Positions 1 to 8,403 of a stretch of DNA of 21,181 bases are shown here, one piece after another. This stretch comes from a virus. Its lineage: Duplodnaviria; Heunggongvirae; Uroviricota; Caudoviricetes. The DNA is taken from the IMG/VR virus record IMGVR_UViG_2703718854_000005; one strand, given 5' to 3'. The notes beneath the pieces are model-generated. The model had not been told where the DNA came from and searched no databases. It saw only the letters and a program-made list of their open reading frames with translations. The number at the start of each line of letters is the position of its first letter. Position 1 is the stretch's first letter. The position numbers and the translations under genes are program-made.

Positions 1-19
1 CTATTTGATAAATATTAAA

Positions 20-1315
20 TTAATTTTTCATTGCTTCGTTATGGGGCATGGTTGGGGCAAACTCGCTTAACTGTGTATTTAACAAAGCTACCTGTGCATT
101 ATTGTTTTCAGACATCCATTTTCCGTATACCTGAAATACCATTTGCGCATCTGCATGGCCCATCTGGTTTGCTATAAATGCCGGGTTAGCACCAGCTGTC
201 AGCGACCAGCAGGCATAAGTATGTCTCGACTGATATGATTTTCGATGGCGGAGTCCGGCACGTTTTATCGCTGCGTCCCACATCTGCCTTATTGAGTCAA
301 CGGTAAAATGGTCACCATAATTTTTTACTCTCGCTGACACTTCAGGTTGAAAAACAAAGGTGCATTTTTGTTTTTCTGTTCTGCCATACTCTCTGAGGTG
401 AACATCAATGATATGCTCTTTGCTCAGTCTCGTTAATGTCATCTGACTCCGGAGAGCGTCGATTGCTGGCTTAATAAGATGAATGACCCGATTGGTTCCC
501 GCCTGTGTTTTTGGTACCGTGAAACGGTCTTTTGCTAAATTTCTCCTGATCATCATTGTTCCATTTTTCAGATCTATGTCCTCCCATCCAAGTGCACACA
601 GCTCACCAGGGCGAACTCCAGTATAAACAGAAACACACCATAAATTTTTTGCTTGCTGATTTCTGCACGCATCGATAAGACGGATAAATTCTTCCCGCGA
701 AAGAGGATCCGGAATGGTTCTTGATTCCTTTAATGGCGAGATCCCCTTAAACGGATTATCTGCCAGGTAACCGTTATCAACACCAAACTGGAACACGGCG
801 TTAAGATTTGTCATGTAATTATTTACAGTTACAGCCGATCTCCCTGGTTGTGTAACAATATAGTTACTTTTGGGGATCTGGTATCCAGTCAGTAACTCTT
901 TACGAACCTCCAGTAATTTTTCTTTATTAATCGATGAGGCAAGATTTTTTTCACCGATTATGCTCAGGATATTTTTGATGACGGCACGGTATGTGTTGAG
1001 TGATGTTTTGGCGACTTCAGTTTCTTTCAGTGCCAGAAATTTTTCAGCCAGTTCTTTTATGGTTAAATCTTGTCGGGCCTCACCAAATTTTTCCAGATTG
1101 CGTGAGGAGGGAAACTGTTTTGCATAGTCGAAAACACCAGTTTTTATTGCGTAACAAACAGAGGAGCGTAGTTCACCTGCAACGCGCCTGTTTTTTGCTG
1201 TGTCAGGAACCCCCAGATTTTCCCTGACTCTTACGTCTTTATAAACAAACCAGATACGTAATTTCCCTCCATGGTTTTCCACGCCTGTCGGATATTTCAT
1301 TTCAACTTCTCTCAT
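20..1315 (-). CDS. Phage integrase, tyrosine recombinase family
   Basis: 431-aa ORF at the prophage edge. C-terminal region has the R...HxxR...Y pattern typical of tyrosine recombinases (RHTYACW, then Y). Alternative start at the second Met (1300). Sits next to a small excisionase-like gene. Confidence 0.85.
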   Translation of the reverse strand: MREVEMKYPTGVENHGGKLRIWFVYKDVRVRENLGVPDTAKNRRVAGELRSSVCYAIKTGVFDYAKQFPSSRNLEKFGEARQDLTIKELAEKFLALKETEVAKTSLNTYRAVIKNILSIIGEKNLASSINKEKLLEVRKELLTGYQIPKSNYIVTQPGRSAVTVNNYMTNLNAVFQFGVDNGYLADNPFKGISPLKESRTIPDPLSREEFIRLIDACRNQQAKNLWCVSVYTGVRPGELCALGWEDIDLKNGTMMIRRNLAKDRFTVPKTQAGTNRVIHLIKPAIDALRSQMTLTRLSKEHIIDVHLREYGRTEKQKCTFVFQPEVSARVKNYGDHFTVDSIRQMWDAAIKRAGLRHRKSYQSRHTYACWSLTAGANPAFIANQMGHADAQMVFQVYGKWMSENNNAQVALLNTQLSEFAPTMPHNEAMKN

Positions 1316-1334
1316 TAGTTAGTGTGGCTTTTAG

Positions 1335-1586
1335 TCAAGTAAGATGACGTCTTGGTCTCGCTGATGCCTGGCGCTCAATCCAGCGATCAATTTCTTCCAG
1401 GTTGTAAAAGCATGGACTGTTATCCCATGGCATACCGTCATGAGCGACATGCTTATATTCCCTTCCTTCCATAAACGATTTTTCCCGGGCCTTTTTTAAC
1501 GTACCTTTTTTTATTCCTTTCAGCGCAATTAACTGCTCTTCGGATACCCATTTGCCGGGAGAGACAATCATGATTACTTCGCTCAT
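1335..1586 (-). CDS. Excisionase-like small protein
   Basis: 83-aa ORF immediately upstream of int on the same strand, with a purine-rich RBS. Assignment is by position and size; no motif checked. Confidence 0.55.
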   Translation of the reverse strand: MSEVIMIVSPGKWVSEEQLIALKGIKKGTLKKAREKSFMEGREYKHVAHDGMPWDNSPCFYNLEEIDRWIERQASARPRRHLT

Positions 1587-1658
1587 CGATTTCTTTATCT
1601 CTTACATCAGACGAGCGCCGGTTGCAGAATACCAGTCACAACCGGCGACAGTTGAACA

Positions 1659-4130
1659 TTAAGAATCAGCCTGACTCGGGATCAGTTTTTGCCAGATAAC
1701 TGAAACGTATTTTGCCTGGTAACGGGCGTCATCAAGTGCATTATGGCGCTCACCTTCGAATGGAATAGCCGTTCTGGCATCGAAGTCTATGGCTTTCCCC
1801 AGCTCAACGATTGTGCGTACATCGCGATCGTTGTAGTAACGCCACGGGCAGGGGATCCCCTGCCGTTCGTATGAACGGCGCAAAATCGTGTTGTCGAAGT
1901 TGGCTCCATTTCCCCAAACCTGAACAAAAAATTCACCGGAGTTTTCGTCGATAAATTCTCGCAATTGTAACAGTGCATCATCTAACGGGATTTCATCGGT
2001 CATAATGGCAGATTGCGCTTCGCGTGATTGCTTAAGCCACCATTTAATGGTGTCCCGATCAATGACTCCGCCAGCAGTTTCCAGATCGATAGTCTTACTA
2101 AATTCCGGTCCCATATCTCCGGTTTGCGGATCGAAAAATATTGCACCTATTGAGATGATCGGGGCATCAGGATTTTTTCCCATGGTTTCAAGGTCGATCA
2201 TTAGATGGTCACACGTCCTGCTGGTGGATGTGATTTCGTGATGACCGTTCACCTTAATTGGGTGATCTGCCGTCTCGCCAGTTTCATTATCGCTATTGTG
2301 ATGCTGATTGCCGCCAGTGTTCTCCTTGTGTGGATGTTCAGCGCCTTCCATTTCCTCCGGATCATCTTCCTGAACTTCAACCTGATACTCTTCATCGAAT
2401 GTTTCTTGGTATGTTGCGTCGCCCATCACCGCGCCACAATCAGGGCAGTTGCCGCCGCCGGTCTGACCGCAGGCGGTGCAGACTTTTTCCACTTCCTGTT
2501 GCGCTACTGGTTCAGGCTGTTTCGTTTCTGGCTCGTTTTGTAACGCATTTGGACTGTTTTGTTCCGCTTTTTGGTAGTTCCGTTCCGATTCATGCTGGTT
2601 CTGGTTCACAGAATCGCGGGTCTGGAGCCCCTTAACCCATTTCGGATCATTCGGGTCACTAATCCCTTCAACAAATTCACCACGTGATGCAGCAAGCAAC
2701 TTATCGGCGTCAGGCTGGCTGATATTGGCTGCCTGCATAATTTTGTTTACTTCGTCAGCGGTAACTTTTATCGGCTCTGGTTGTTCTGAATCTTCAGCGG
2801 TATCTACATTTTGCGGTAAGCCCGTGTATGTGCCATTTTTTCGGGCAAAATATTCTTCTTTTGTGATTTCAGTGGCGCCAGCAGCCAGTGCCTTATCCAG
2901 ACCAGAGAGTTTGTTTGCGCGACCGTATTTTTCTCCGTCCTTATCTGCGAAGAGGAAATAGAACGGCCCCTCACGCTCTACAGATGGTTCAGCTTCCGGC
3001 GCGGTTTCATTTTTTGGGATATCAGATACCTCAGTTTCCACTGCATCAGTTTGTGTTTCTGATGACTGGAGAACATCAACAGTGCCCAGGTCTGTTTCTT
3101 CATTCTCAAACACGCCCTTTGTCGTCAGGTATTCGCAGATATATTTGTTCAGTGCTACGGGATCTTTGTGAATGTCGATCGGACGCTCACGGACAAGGCC
3201 AAAAATAGTTTGGCGGTCGTAGCGAAGGGCATCAGGCTGTTTGCGCATTGATGCCGAGATACGCTTCCAGTCTTCGCGGTCGTTGTCGATAACTTCTTTT
3301 TTTGCCCAGCGATGGATGCTGCCGTCAATGTTTCCGGCATCCACATCACTAGGCCAGAGAGCGTAGGCCAGTTCGTCATCCAGTGTTTTCCATGTCTGCT
3401 TGTATTCGCGATGAATGGCAGCAATGACCGGGCTGATTTTTCCTGTTGAATTTTCAGTGTACTGTTGATTGGCTCTGGCGCGGGCGAGATCAACAACAGA
3501 CGTGTATTTTCCGGTTTCCTTGCGTTCACCTTCGCGACGTTTTTTCCAGATGCGCATCTCTGCCTGAATTTCGGGCCATTTAGCACCAGGAATACATTTA
3601 TGCTTAACCCACCCAATGGCGTGCAACTTAAGCTCCGGATACATGGCGTTAACTTCTGGCATTTTCATCAACGCTTCAACGATATGTCCGTCGAATGTTG
3701 CCATGTCTTCCTGCAACAATTCCTGTGCGCTAATAACCATATCAACGGTGATGTTTTCACATGTGTCGAACTTAACCATGACAGCGTTCTGTACTTCAGG
3801 GGCCAGCTTGTCAAAAGTGACGTTCATCGGATCGGATTCAGTCTCAACCGGGACAAAAGAAGCAGACTCCTCATCCCAGCGGTTTTCCTGCATATATTCA
3901 GCATCCCATGAATCGAGGGCAGGGCGGGGTATGCCAGGTTTATCCTCGCAGACAATAAATTTATAAGCGCAGTCCTGAGCAGCCGGATAATGTTCCAGGA
4001 ATTGCCAGTGAAATTTTGCTCGAGCACGGCGTTCGTCGCCAGCTTCAATGGCTGTGGCTACAGCCACAGCGCCTTCTTCCCTTGTTGCCAGTTCGTCAGG
4101 AATAGCGGCGCAAATAAAGACTTTACTCAT
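1659..4130 (-). CDS. Large phage exonuclease with C-terminal DnaQ-like (DEDDh) 3'-5' exonuclease domain
   Basis: Long ORF; the track start is 4166 but the ATG at 4130 (MSKVF...) has a GAGG RBS. C-terminal motifs: Exo I IDLETMG, Exo II WGNGANFD, Exo III HNALDDARY. Central CxxC...CxxC zinc-ribbon-like segment and acidic low-complexity linker. Confidence 0.8.
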   Translation of the reverse strand: MSKVFICAAIPDELATREEGAVAVATAIEAGDERRARAKFHWQFLEHYPAAQDCAYKFIVCEDKPGIPRPALDSWDAEYMQENRWDEESASFVPVETESDPMNVTFDKLAPEVQNAVMVKFDTCENITVDMVISAQELLQEDMATFDGHIVEALMKMPEVNAMYPELKLHAIGWVKHKCIPGAKWPEIQAEMRIWKKRREGERKETGKYTSVVDLARARANQQYTENSTGKISPVIAAIHREYKQTWKTLDDELAYALWPSDVDAGNIDGSIHRWAKKEVIDNDREDWKRISASMRKQPDALRYDRQTIFGLVRERPIDIHKDPVALNKYICEYLTTKGVFENEETDLGTVDVLQSSETQTDAVETEVSDIPKNETAPEAEPSVEREGPFYFLFADKDGEKYGRANKLSGLDKALAAGATEITKEEYFARKNGTYTGLPQNVDTAEDSEQPEPIKVTADEVNKIMQAANISQPDADKLLAASRGEFVEGISDPNDPKWVKGLQTRDSVNQNQHESERNYQKAEQNSPNALQNEPETKQPEPVAQQEVEKVCTACGQTGGGNCPDCGAVMGDATYQETFDEEYQVEVQEDDPEEMEGAEHPHKENTGGNQHHNSDNETGETADHPIKVNGHHEITSTSRTCDHLMIDLETMGKNPDAPIISIGAIFFDPQTGDMGPEFSKTIDLETAGGVIDRDTIKWWLKQSREAQSAIMTDEIPLDDALLQLREFIDENSGEFFVQVWGNGANFDNTILRRSYERQGIPCPWRYYNDRDVRTIVELGKAIDFDARTAIPFEGERHNALDDARYQAKYVSVIWQKLIPSQADS

Positions 4131-4364
4131 TTGTTTTAACCTCATGACAGATTTAAGGATGAACAAATCCCTGCCATTGCTGGCATATAAGAATGAAACC
4201 GGATATTTATTACGGAACTGTTTTAAAGACCTGCCGGGATTTCGATATTATCCTGGTGAATAACTTTATCGACCGGGTACAGAGAATCCACCCATAACAC
4301 TGTTTTTGGTTTTAACTGTTCCGCGTGCGCTCAGCCGCATTCACCACATCACAAAATTCACTTT

Positions 4365-4422
4365 AAAAAGGGCGGCAGAGCAGTCACGGAGTAAAACTGA
4401 TACCGCCAAACGTCACCAGAAA
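4365..4422 (-). ncRNA. dicF: DicF small RNA (ftsZ-targeting sRNA of Qin-type prophages) with its terminator hairpin and U-tail
   Basis: Minus-strand sequence TTTCTGGTGACGTTTGGCGGTATCAGTTTTACTCCGTGACTGCTCTGCCGCCC followed by TTTTT matches DicF as I remember it. Lies downstream of ydfA-ydfB-ydfC as in the dicB operon. Confidence 0.85.
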
Positions 4423-4762
4423 ATTGATAACAGAGGGCGTTGCAGCGGGGTTGTCACTTAAGCGTATGGTCAACCTGACAACCCGGTGTCCTCAACGGGG
4501 AAGGAATAACCCCGCCATACTTACCGCCGCGCCATTTCGCGGGTTGCCACAACCGGAAGCGCACGGTCGACGAAAATTTAACGACAGGCTATCTATGAAC
4601 CAGCTACCTCGCCGTGCGCTTTCGCGTTATGGTCTGACTTTTCAGGGAAATATCCTTTCAGTAAACTGTCAGTTCCGGATGCGCACCCGTGTCCGGCGCA
4701 CGCACTCCACCTCACCCGTGGAGAACTCCTTAATTACTAACCTTAGCTTTGTTGATTAGCTA

Positions 4763-4981
4763 CTAACGCGGGTATGTAATCATTCTGGCAATGCTTAATG
4801 CCGCTGCTTTTTCCAGATTGGTGATATCCTGCTCCAGAGCGGACAGATTTTCAGCCTGCTTAGCCCTGGCTTCATTAGCCCATTTCAGATCCTGCGCTGC
4901 ATTAATTTTCTGGCGCATCCACTCATAAAGTTCATCATCGGTATAGTCTGGCGCGATGATGACGGGTTCTCGTTTCTGCAT
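4763..4981 (-). CDS. ydfC: YdfC-like small protein (dicB-operon protein)
   Basis: 72-aa ORF with a GAGGAA RBS, in operon position ydfA-ydfB-ydfC-dicF. Confidence 0.7.
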   Translation of the reverse strand: MQKREPVIIAPDYTDDELYEWMRQKINAAQDLKWANEARAKQAENLSALEQDITNLEKAAALSIARMITYPR

Positions 4982-5010
4982 ACTGATTCCTCGCGGTGCT
5001 GTTTCGCTTA

Positions 5011-5139
5011 TCAGCCGTTAGATTTTGCCGAACTGGAAAGCGCCTGTTTAAACTCACTGAAGCTGAGAGCTTCTTCGCCTTCGGCAAGGCCTTCGAAGTA
5101 TTCTTCGTAAGCCTTTTCCATGATTGTGTCGAAATCCAT
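5011..5139 (-). CDS. ydfB: YdfB-like small acidic protein (42 aa)
   Basis: Not in the ORF track (below 60 aa). Manual translation of the minus strand gives MDFDTIMEKAYEEYFEGLAEGEEALSFSEFKQALSSSAKSNG. AGGTGA RBS overlaps the stop of the upstream gene. Size and position match ydfB. Confidence 0.6.
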   Translation of the reverse strand: MDFDTIMEKAYEEYFEGLAEGEEALSFSEFKQALSSSAKSNG

Positions 5140-5140
5140 A

Positions 5141-5296
5141 TCACTCACCTGAGTTTCTTTCCAGCCAGCGACGGGCACCATTTTCGGTTTTAAACGTTTT
5201 GCTTTTGGTATACGTCATTGCGGTGAACGTGCCGTCCTGGTTTGGAAACACGCCGTACACCAGAGATTCGTTGTTGCCAAGATCGATAGTATCCAT
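5141..5296 (-). CDS. ydfA: YdfA-like small protein (51 aa)
   Basis: The track ORF 5141..5374 begins at a TTG; the internal ATG at 5296 has a GAGG RBS and gives the 51-aa product MDTIDLGNNESLVYGVFPNQDGTFTAMTYTKSKTFKTENGARRWLERNSGE. First gene of the dicB-type operon. Confidence 0.6.
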   Translation of the reverse strand: MDTIDLGNNESLVYGVFPNQDGTFTAMTYTKSKTFKTENGARRWLERNSGE

Positions 5297-5462
5297 GCTG
5301 ACCTCATTTCCCCTTAACGCTGGGGTAGCGGAACTGTTTGCTGAGAACACCGTGCGGTGTGTTGATGCAAACAAGATTAGCCATGACTAACATATCGGTC
5401 AAGTGATTTTGTATGCTATAGCTAACATAATTGATGTGGTAAAAGATAACTCATTGATGATG
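5297..5462 (-). promoter_or_regulatory. Promoter/operator region of the ydfA-ydfB-ydfC-dicF operon (DicA-repressed in Qin)
   Basis: Intergenic between the dicA stop and ydfA start. Contains the inverted repeat GATAAC-N11-GTTATC and a TGTTAGCTATAGCA-like element. Exact promoter elements not resolved. Confidence 0.4.
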
Positions 5463-5870
5463 TTATCTTTTATTTGTCCGCTGACGGGCTTTTAGTAATT
5501 CTTCAAAGAGTTTATTGAAGTTTTTTACTCGAGCTCGCATTTCGGCGAGCTGGGTATCCTGTTCTGATTCTGGCAGTGCATTAAACAGCTCAAGGAGCTC
5601 TAGTTCTTTGGGGGATAAGGCAACTGGCTTCTCAACAGGTGGTGTTGGTTGCTTGTCTTCATCGCCAAATAGAATCCATGTTGGTGAGCATTGCAATACT
5701 TTGCTGAGGGCAAAAAGGTTCTTCCCTGTAGGTTCACTATCACCCCGTTCCCATTGTGATACAGACACATGGGAGATTTTCAGGGCTTTAGCAAGAGACC
5801 TTTGGGTGTGTTTGAGGTTTTTCCGACGATACCTGATGCGTTCGCCGATAGTTAAATTTTTTGTTTCCAT
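5463..5870 (-). CDS. dicA: DicA repressor (HTH, cI/C2-like)
   Basis: 135-aa ORF; sequence matches DicA as I remember it (METKNLTIGERIRYRRKNLKHTQRSLAKALKISHVSVSQWERGDSEPTGKNLF...). Divergent from dicC. Confidence 0.9.
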   Translation of the reverse strand: METKNLTIGERIRYRRKNLKHTQRSLAKALKISHVSVSQWERGDSEPTGKNLFALSKVLQCSPTWILFGDEDKQPTPPVEKPVALSPKELELLELFNALPESEQDTQLAEMRARVKNFNKLFEELLKARQRTNKR

Positions 5871-5953
5871 AGTTAGCTAATGCTAAATCGTATTGACTAT
5901 GTTTTTGTTAACATCTATCTTGTTAGTTATGACTAACAATAAAGGTGTTTTAA
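5871..5953. promoter_or_regulatory. Divergent dicA/dicC promoter-operator region
   Basis: Perfect inverted repeat TTGTTAGT-tatg-ACTAACAA at 5920..5939, plus palindromes TTAGCTAA (5873..5880) and TGTTAACA. Sits between divergent repressor genes. Confidence 0.6.
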
Positions 5954-6298
5954 ATGCTTAAAACTGACGCTCTTTTGTATTTCGGTTCAAAAACAAAACT
6001 TGCACAAGCAGCAGGTATTCGTTTGGCTTCGCTTTATAGCTGGAAAGGGGATTTAGTTCCCGAAGGTCGCGCGATGCGTCTAGCAGGGAGGATTTGGCGT
6101 GTGCGCAGTGGATCTGGGGGCGGATCGTGGGTCTCTACGAACAGGCAGCCAGTGATGATGGCGAGATCATGCGACCAAAAGAGCCTAACTGGACTGCCTG
6201 GGCCAATGACGTGCGCACAATGCGGATGCTGGATGGCAGAAGCCACAGACAAATTTGCGAAATGTTTGGTCGGGTTCAGCGAGATCCATTCTGGGTAA
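5954..6298 (+). CDS. dicC: DicC-like Cro-type repressor; 3' extent uncertain
   Basis: The first ~43 aa (MLKTDALLYFGSKTKLAQAAGIRLASLYSWKGDLVPEGRAMRL) match DicC as I remember it. The rest of the frame is G/S/W/C-rich and looks non-protein-like, and overlaps an alternative-frame ORF. The end coordinate is just the first stop in frame. Confidence 0.5.
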   Translation: MLKTDALLYFGSKTKLAQAAGIRLASLYSWKGDLVPEGRAMRLAGRIWRVRSGSGGGSWVSTNRQPVMMARSCDQKSLTGLPGPMTCAQCGCWMAEATDKFAKCLVGFSEIHSG

Positions 6299-6435
6299 AA
6301 AACATCATGAGCCCGTCAAAGCTCCGCGAAAAATGGGACGAACTGGTCATCCGCCTGGGACGTTCACCTGTACAGCGTTGTGTTAATCATATTTCTGAAC
6401 CGGATACAGAAATTCCGCCTGGTTTCAGAGGATAA
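6169..6435 (+). CDS. Hypothetical protein with HTH-like segment
   Basis: Frame 1 is open from 6040 and has protein-like composition (MRPKEPNWTAWANDVRTMRMLDGRSHRQICEMFGRVQRDPFW...). Possible starts are TTG 6094, GTG 6127 and ATG 6169. Overlaps the extended dicC frame. Confidence 0.35.
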   Translation: MRPKEPNWTAWANDVRTMRMLDGRSHRQICEMFGRVQRDPFWVKNIMSPSKLREKWDELVIRLGRSPVQRCVNHISEPDTEIPPGFRG

Positions 6436-6475
6436 GTGTTGATTTCAGGTCATGAGGTAATTTTAAGGGGGACTT

Positions 6476-6898
6476 GTGGCAAAAGTTTTTACACAAGAAG
6501 AGCGGGAAAAAATTAAATGGCAGGTGGTGGAACTCGTGCGCCAGAGCGGCCGTGAGACGTTACGGCAACTGGAAGCTAAAACAGGTGCGACTAGATATCT
6601 GATGAGCGTTCTTGCCAGAGAGCTGGTAGCCAGTGGCGATGTATACAACTCCGGCTACGGGTTATTCCCCTCTGAACAGGCGCGTAAGGACTGGCAAAAC
6701 GCCCGCAAAAAACTCTCGAGGGCAAAGGTGAAGAAACCTGCTGTGGTTGATCCGGACCTTATCTGGTCATCACCTGACGGAGAAATACGTCGCTACGACA
6801 GTCGCCTAAACATAATCTGTCGCGAGTGCCGGAAGAGCGAAGTTATGCAGCGCATACTGGCTTTCTATCAGGGTAATTTTCAGGACGTGGCGCAGTGA
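6476..6898 (+). CDS. Hypothetical phage early-region protein (140 aa)
   Basis: GTG start preceded by an AAGGGGG RBS. Stop overlaps the start of the next ORF (GTGA), indicating translational coupling. Confidence 0.6.
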   Translation: MAKVFTQEEREKIKWQVVELVRQSGRETLRQLEAKTGATRYLMSVLARELVASGDVYNSGYGLFPSEQARKDWQNARKKLSRAKVKKPAVVDPDLIWSSPDGEIRRYDSRLNIICRECRKSEVMQRILAFYQGNFQDVAQ

Positions 6899-7251
6899 GT
6901 GCACCGGCAACCATTCTTGATATGTGCTGTGGCAGCCGCATGTTCTGGTTCGATAAGTCTGACGAACGGGCGATATTCAGCGATATCAGAAAAGAAGGAT
7001 ACACATTACGCAATGGGAGACGCTTGATTATCAGCCCTGACATTATCGCAGATTTTCGTGCATTATCATTTGCAGACGCATCTTTTTCGATGGTTGTATT
7101 AGACCCTCCGCATCTTGAGAGTGTTGGTGATAACGCCTGGATGGGAAAGAAATATGGACGGCTGAATAAAGATGCCTGGCGTGATGATTCGCGACAGAGA
7201 TTTAAAGAAGCCTTTCGGGTGTTGAGGCCGCACGGCGTTCTGATTTTTTAA
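6895..7251 (+). pseudogene. SAM-dependent DNA methyltransferase-like fragment (C-terminally truncated)
   Basis: 118-aa ORF with ILDMCCGSR (motif I-like), VVLDPPH (DPPY-type motif IV) and RVLRPHGVLIF (RVLKPGG-like). Ends right after this motif and both other frames stop within a few codons. Too short for a complete methyltransferase. Confidence 0.45.
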
Positions 7252-7673
7252 TGGAATGAAACGCAAATACCGGTAAGCCAGATTCTGGCACTGACAGACA
7301 GAAAACCTGTTATCTGTCAACGAACAGGGAAAAAACGATAAAACCCACTGGATTATTTTTATGAAAGAGGCATCCAGTGAGTAGATTCGTAAGGCTACAG
7401 ATACGTATATCTGAATAATTAAATTCAGTTCTGTAAATAAAATTTAATCCTTAACCGGATGGATTTCTGCACCCTCAGAACATCAGGAGGCCGCCCGAAA
7501 GGGCGGTAGTGAAATGCGAAAGTTCAAAATTATTATTGAAACGGGAATAGCTGGTGGAGATTTTGAGGATGTATTCGAAGTGGACGATGACGCAACACCT
7601 GAGGAAATTCATGACGGAGCATAAGAAATTTTCTTTAACTACTGCAATTACTCATACCACGAAATAAAAGACG

Positions 7674-7865
7674 ATGAGGAAGAACAAAGTGGCTGATTTT
7701 TGTTCAGCTAAATATAACATCAGTTTTGAAGAGCGGGATGAACTATTAATGGACTATGGTGAGTTACGCGGTGGAAGTGCTGCTGATGTCGAATCCTAGC
7801 GTGATGACTATGAAGCGGGAAAAACTCCGGTCGAAGCATATTGTGATGAGTGGGGCGATGAATGA
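7674..7865 (+). pseudogene. Small ORF interrupted by an in-frame TAG (7797..7799)
   Basis: ATG 7674 gives 41 codons, then TAG, then 21 further sense codons (RDDYEAGKTPVEAYCDEWGDE) ending in a TGA that overlaps the next ATG (ATGA at 7862). Confidence 0.3.
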
Positions 7866-8149
7866 GCGAGATTAATTATCAGGAAGGGCATGAAACGGCG
7901 GGGCAAGCAAAACCAGTGGCATGGCGATATCGCTACGTGAAAAAAGGCGTTACGGACTTTCAGGGGAAGTAGTGGTCTGGTGACTGGAAATATGTACCGA
8001 AAAAAGAGGATTGTAACGACAGGCCGAACTATCAAATTCAGGCCTTATTCACTGCCTCACCAGTCCCAGTTACATCAGAAGAACTGGTTAAAGCTGTGCA
8101 CTTTTATGAACAACTAAAACGCGAAAATCCACCAACATCCGGCAACTAG
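7862..8149 (+). pseudogene. Small ORF (95 codons) interrupted by an in-frame TAG (7970..7972)
   Basis: ATG 7862 gives 36 codons, TAG, then 59 stop-free codons in the same frame to TAG 8147..8149. An open run that long in AT-rich sequence is unlikely by chance. Confidence 0.4.
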
Positions 8150-8403
8150 ATTAATGGATTAACTATGTCGGTTAAACGACCAGCCAACTGAAAAAGCGGA
8201 AACCTGATTACAGGTTGCCAGATAAGGCAATGAGCTACCTGGCGCGGAACGGACTGATAAGTATGGGGAATGTTTTACGATGAACCTTTAGACTAAAGAG
8301 TTTGTAACGCTATGTAAGTGATTTTTTCTGGTTTAGATATTTATATGTCCGGCCAAATTGAGGTGTGTTTAAATGTAATTGCACATTGATTGTAGGAGGA
8401 ATA

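Noticed and set aside
870-4263. Numerous ORFs on the opposite strand or in other frames inside the integrase and exonuclease genes (for example 870..1127, 1787..1981, 2205..2543, 3155..3616, 3465..3911, 4048..4263).
   Set aside because: They are fully embedded in long, motif-bearing genes, have odd composition and no RBS; typical shadow ORFs.
4170-4370. Search for a dicB gene downstream of dicF.
   Set aside because: No minus-strand ORF longer than about 24 codons exists here, and nothing resembling the DicB N-terminus as I remember it.
4424-4759. 111-aa plus-strand ORF between ydfC and dicF.
   Set aside because: It lies antisense to the transcribed leader region of the dicF precursor and has Arg/Pro-rich non-protein-like composition.
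4935-5390. Track ORFs 4935..5144 (-), 4996..5193 (+) and 5124..5390 (+).
   Set aside because: They overlap the better-supported ydfB and ydfA frames, which have RBSs and operon context.
5515-5880. 121-aa plus-strand ORF antisense to dicA.
   Set aside because: Embedded in dicA on the opposite strand; Ser-rich low-complexity translation.
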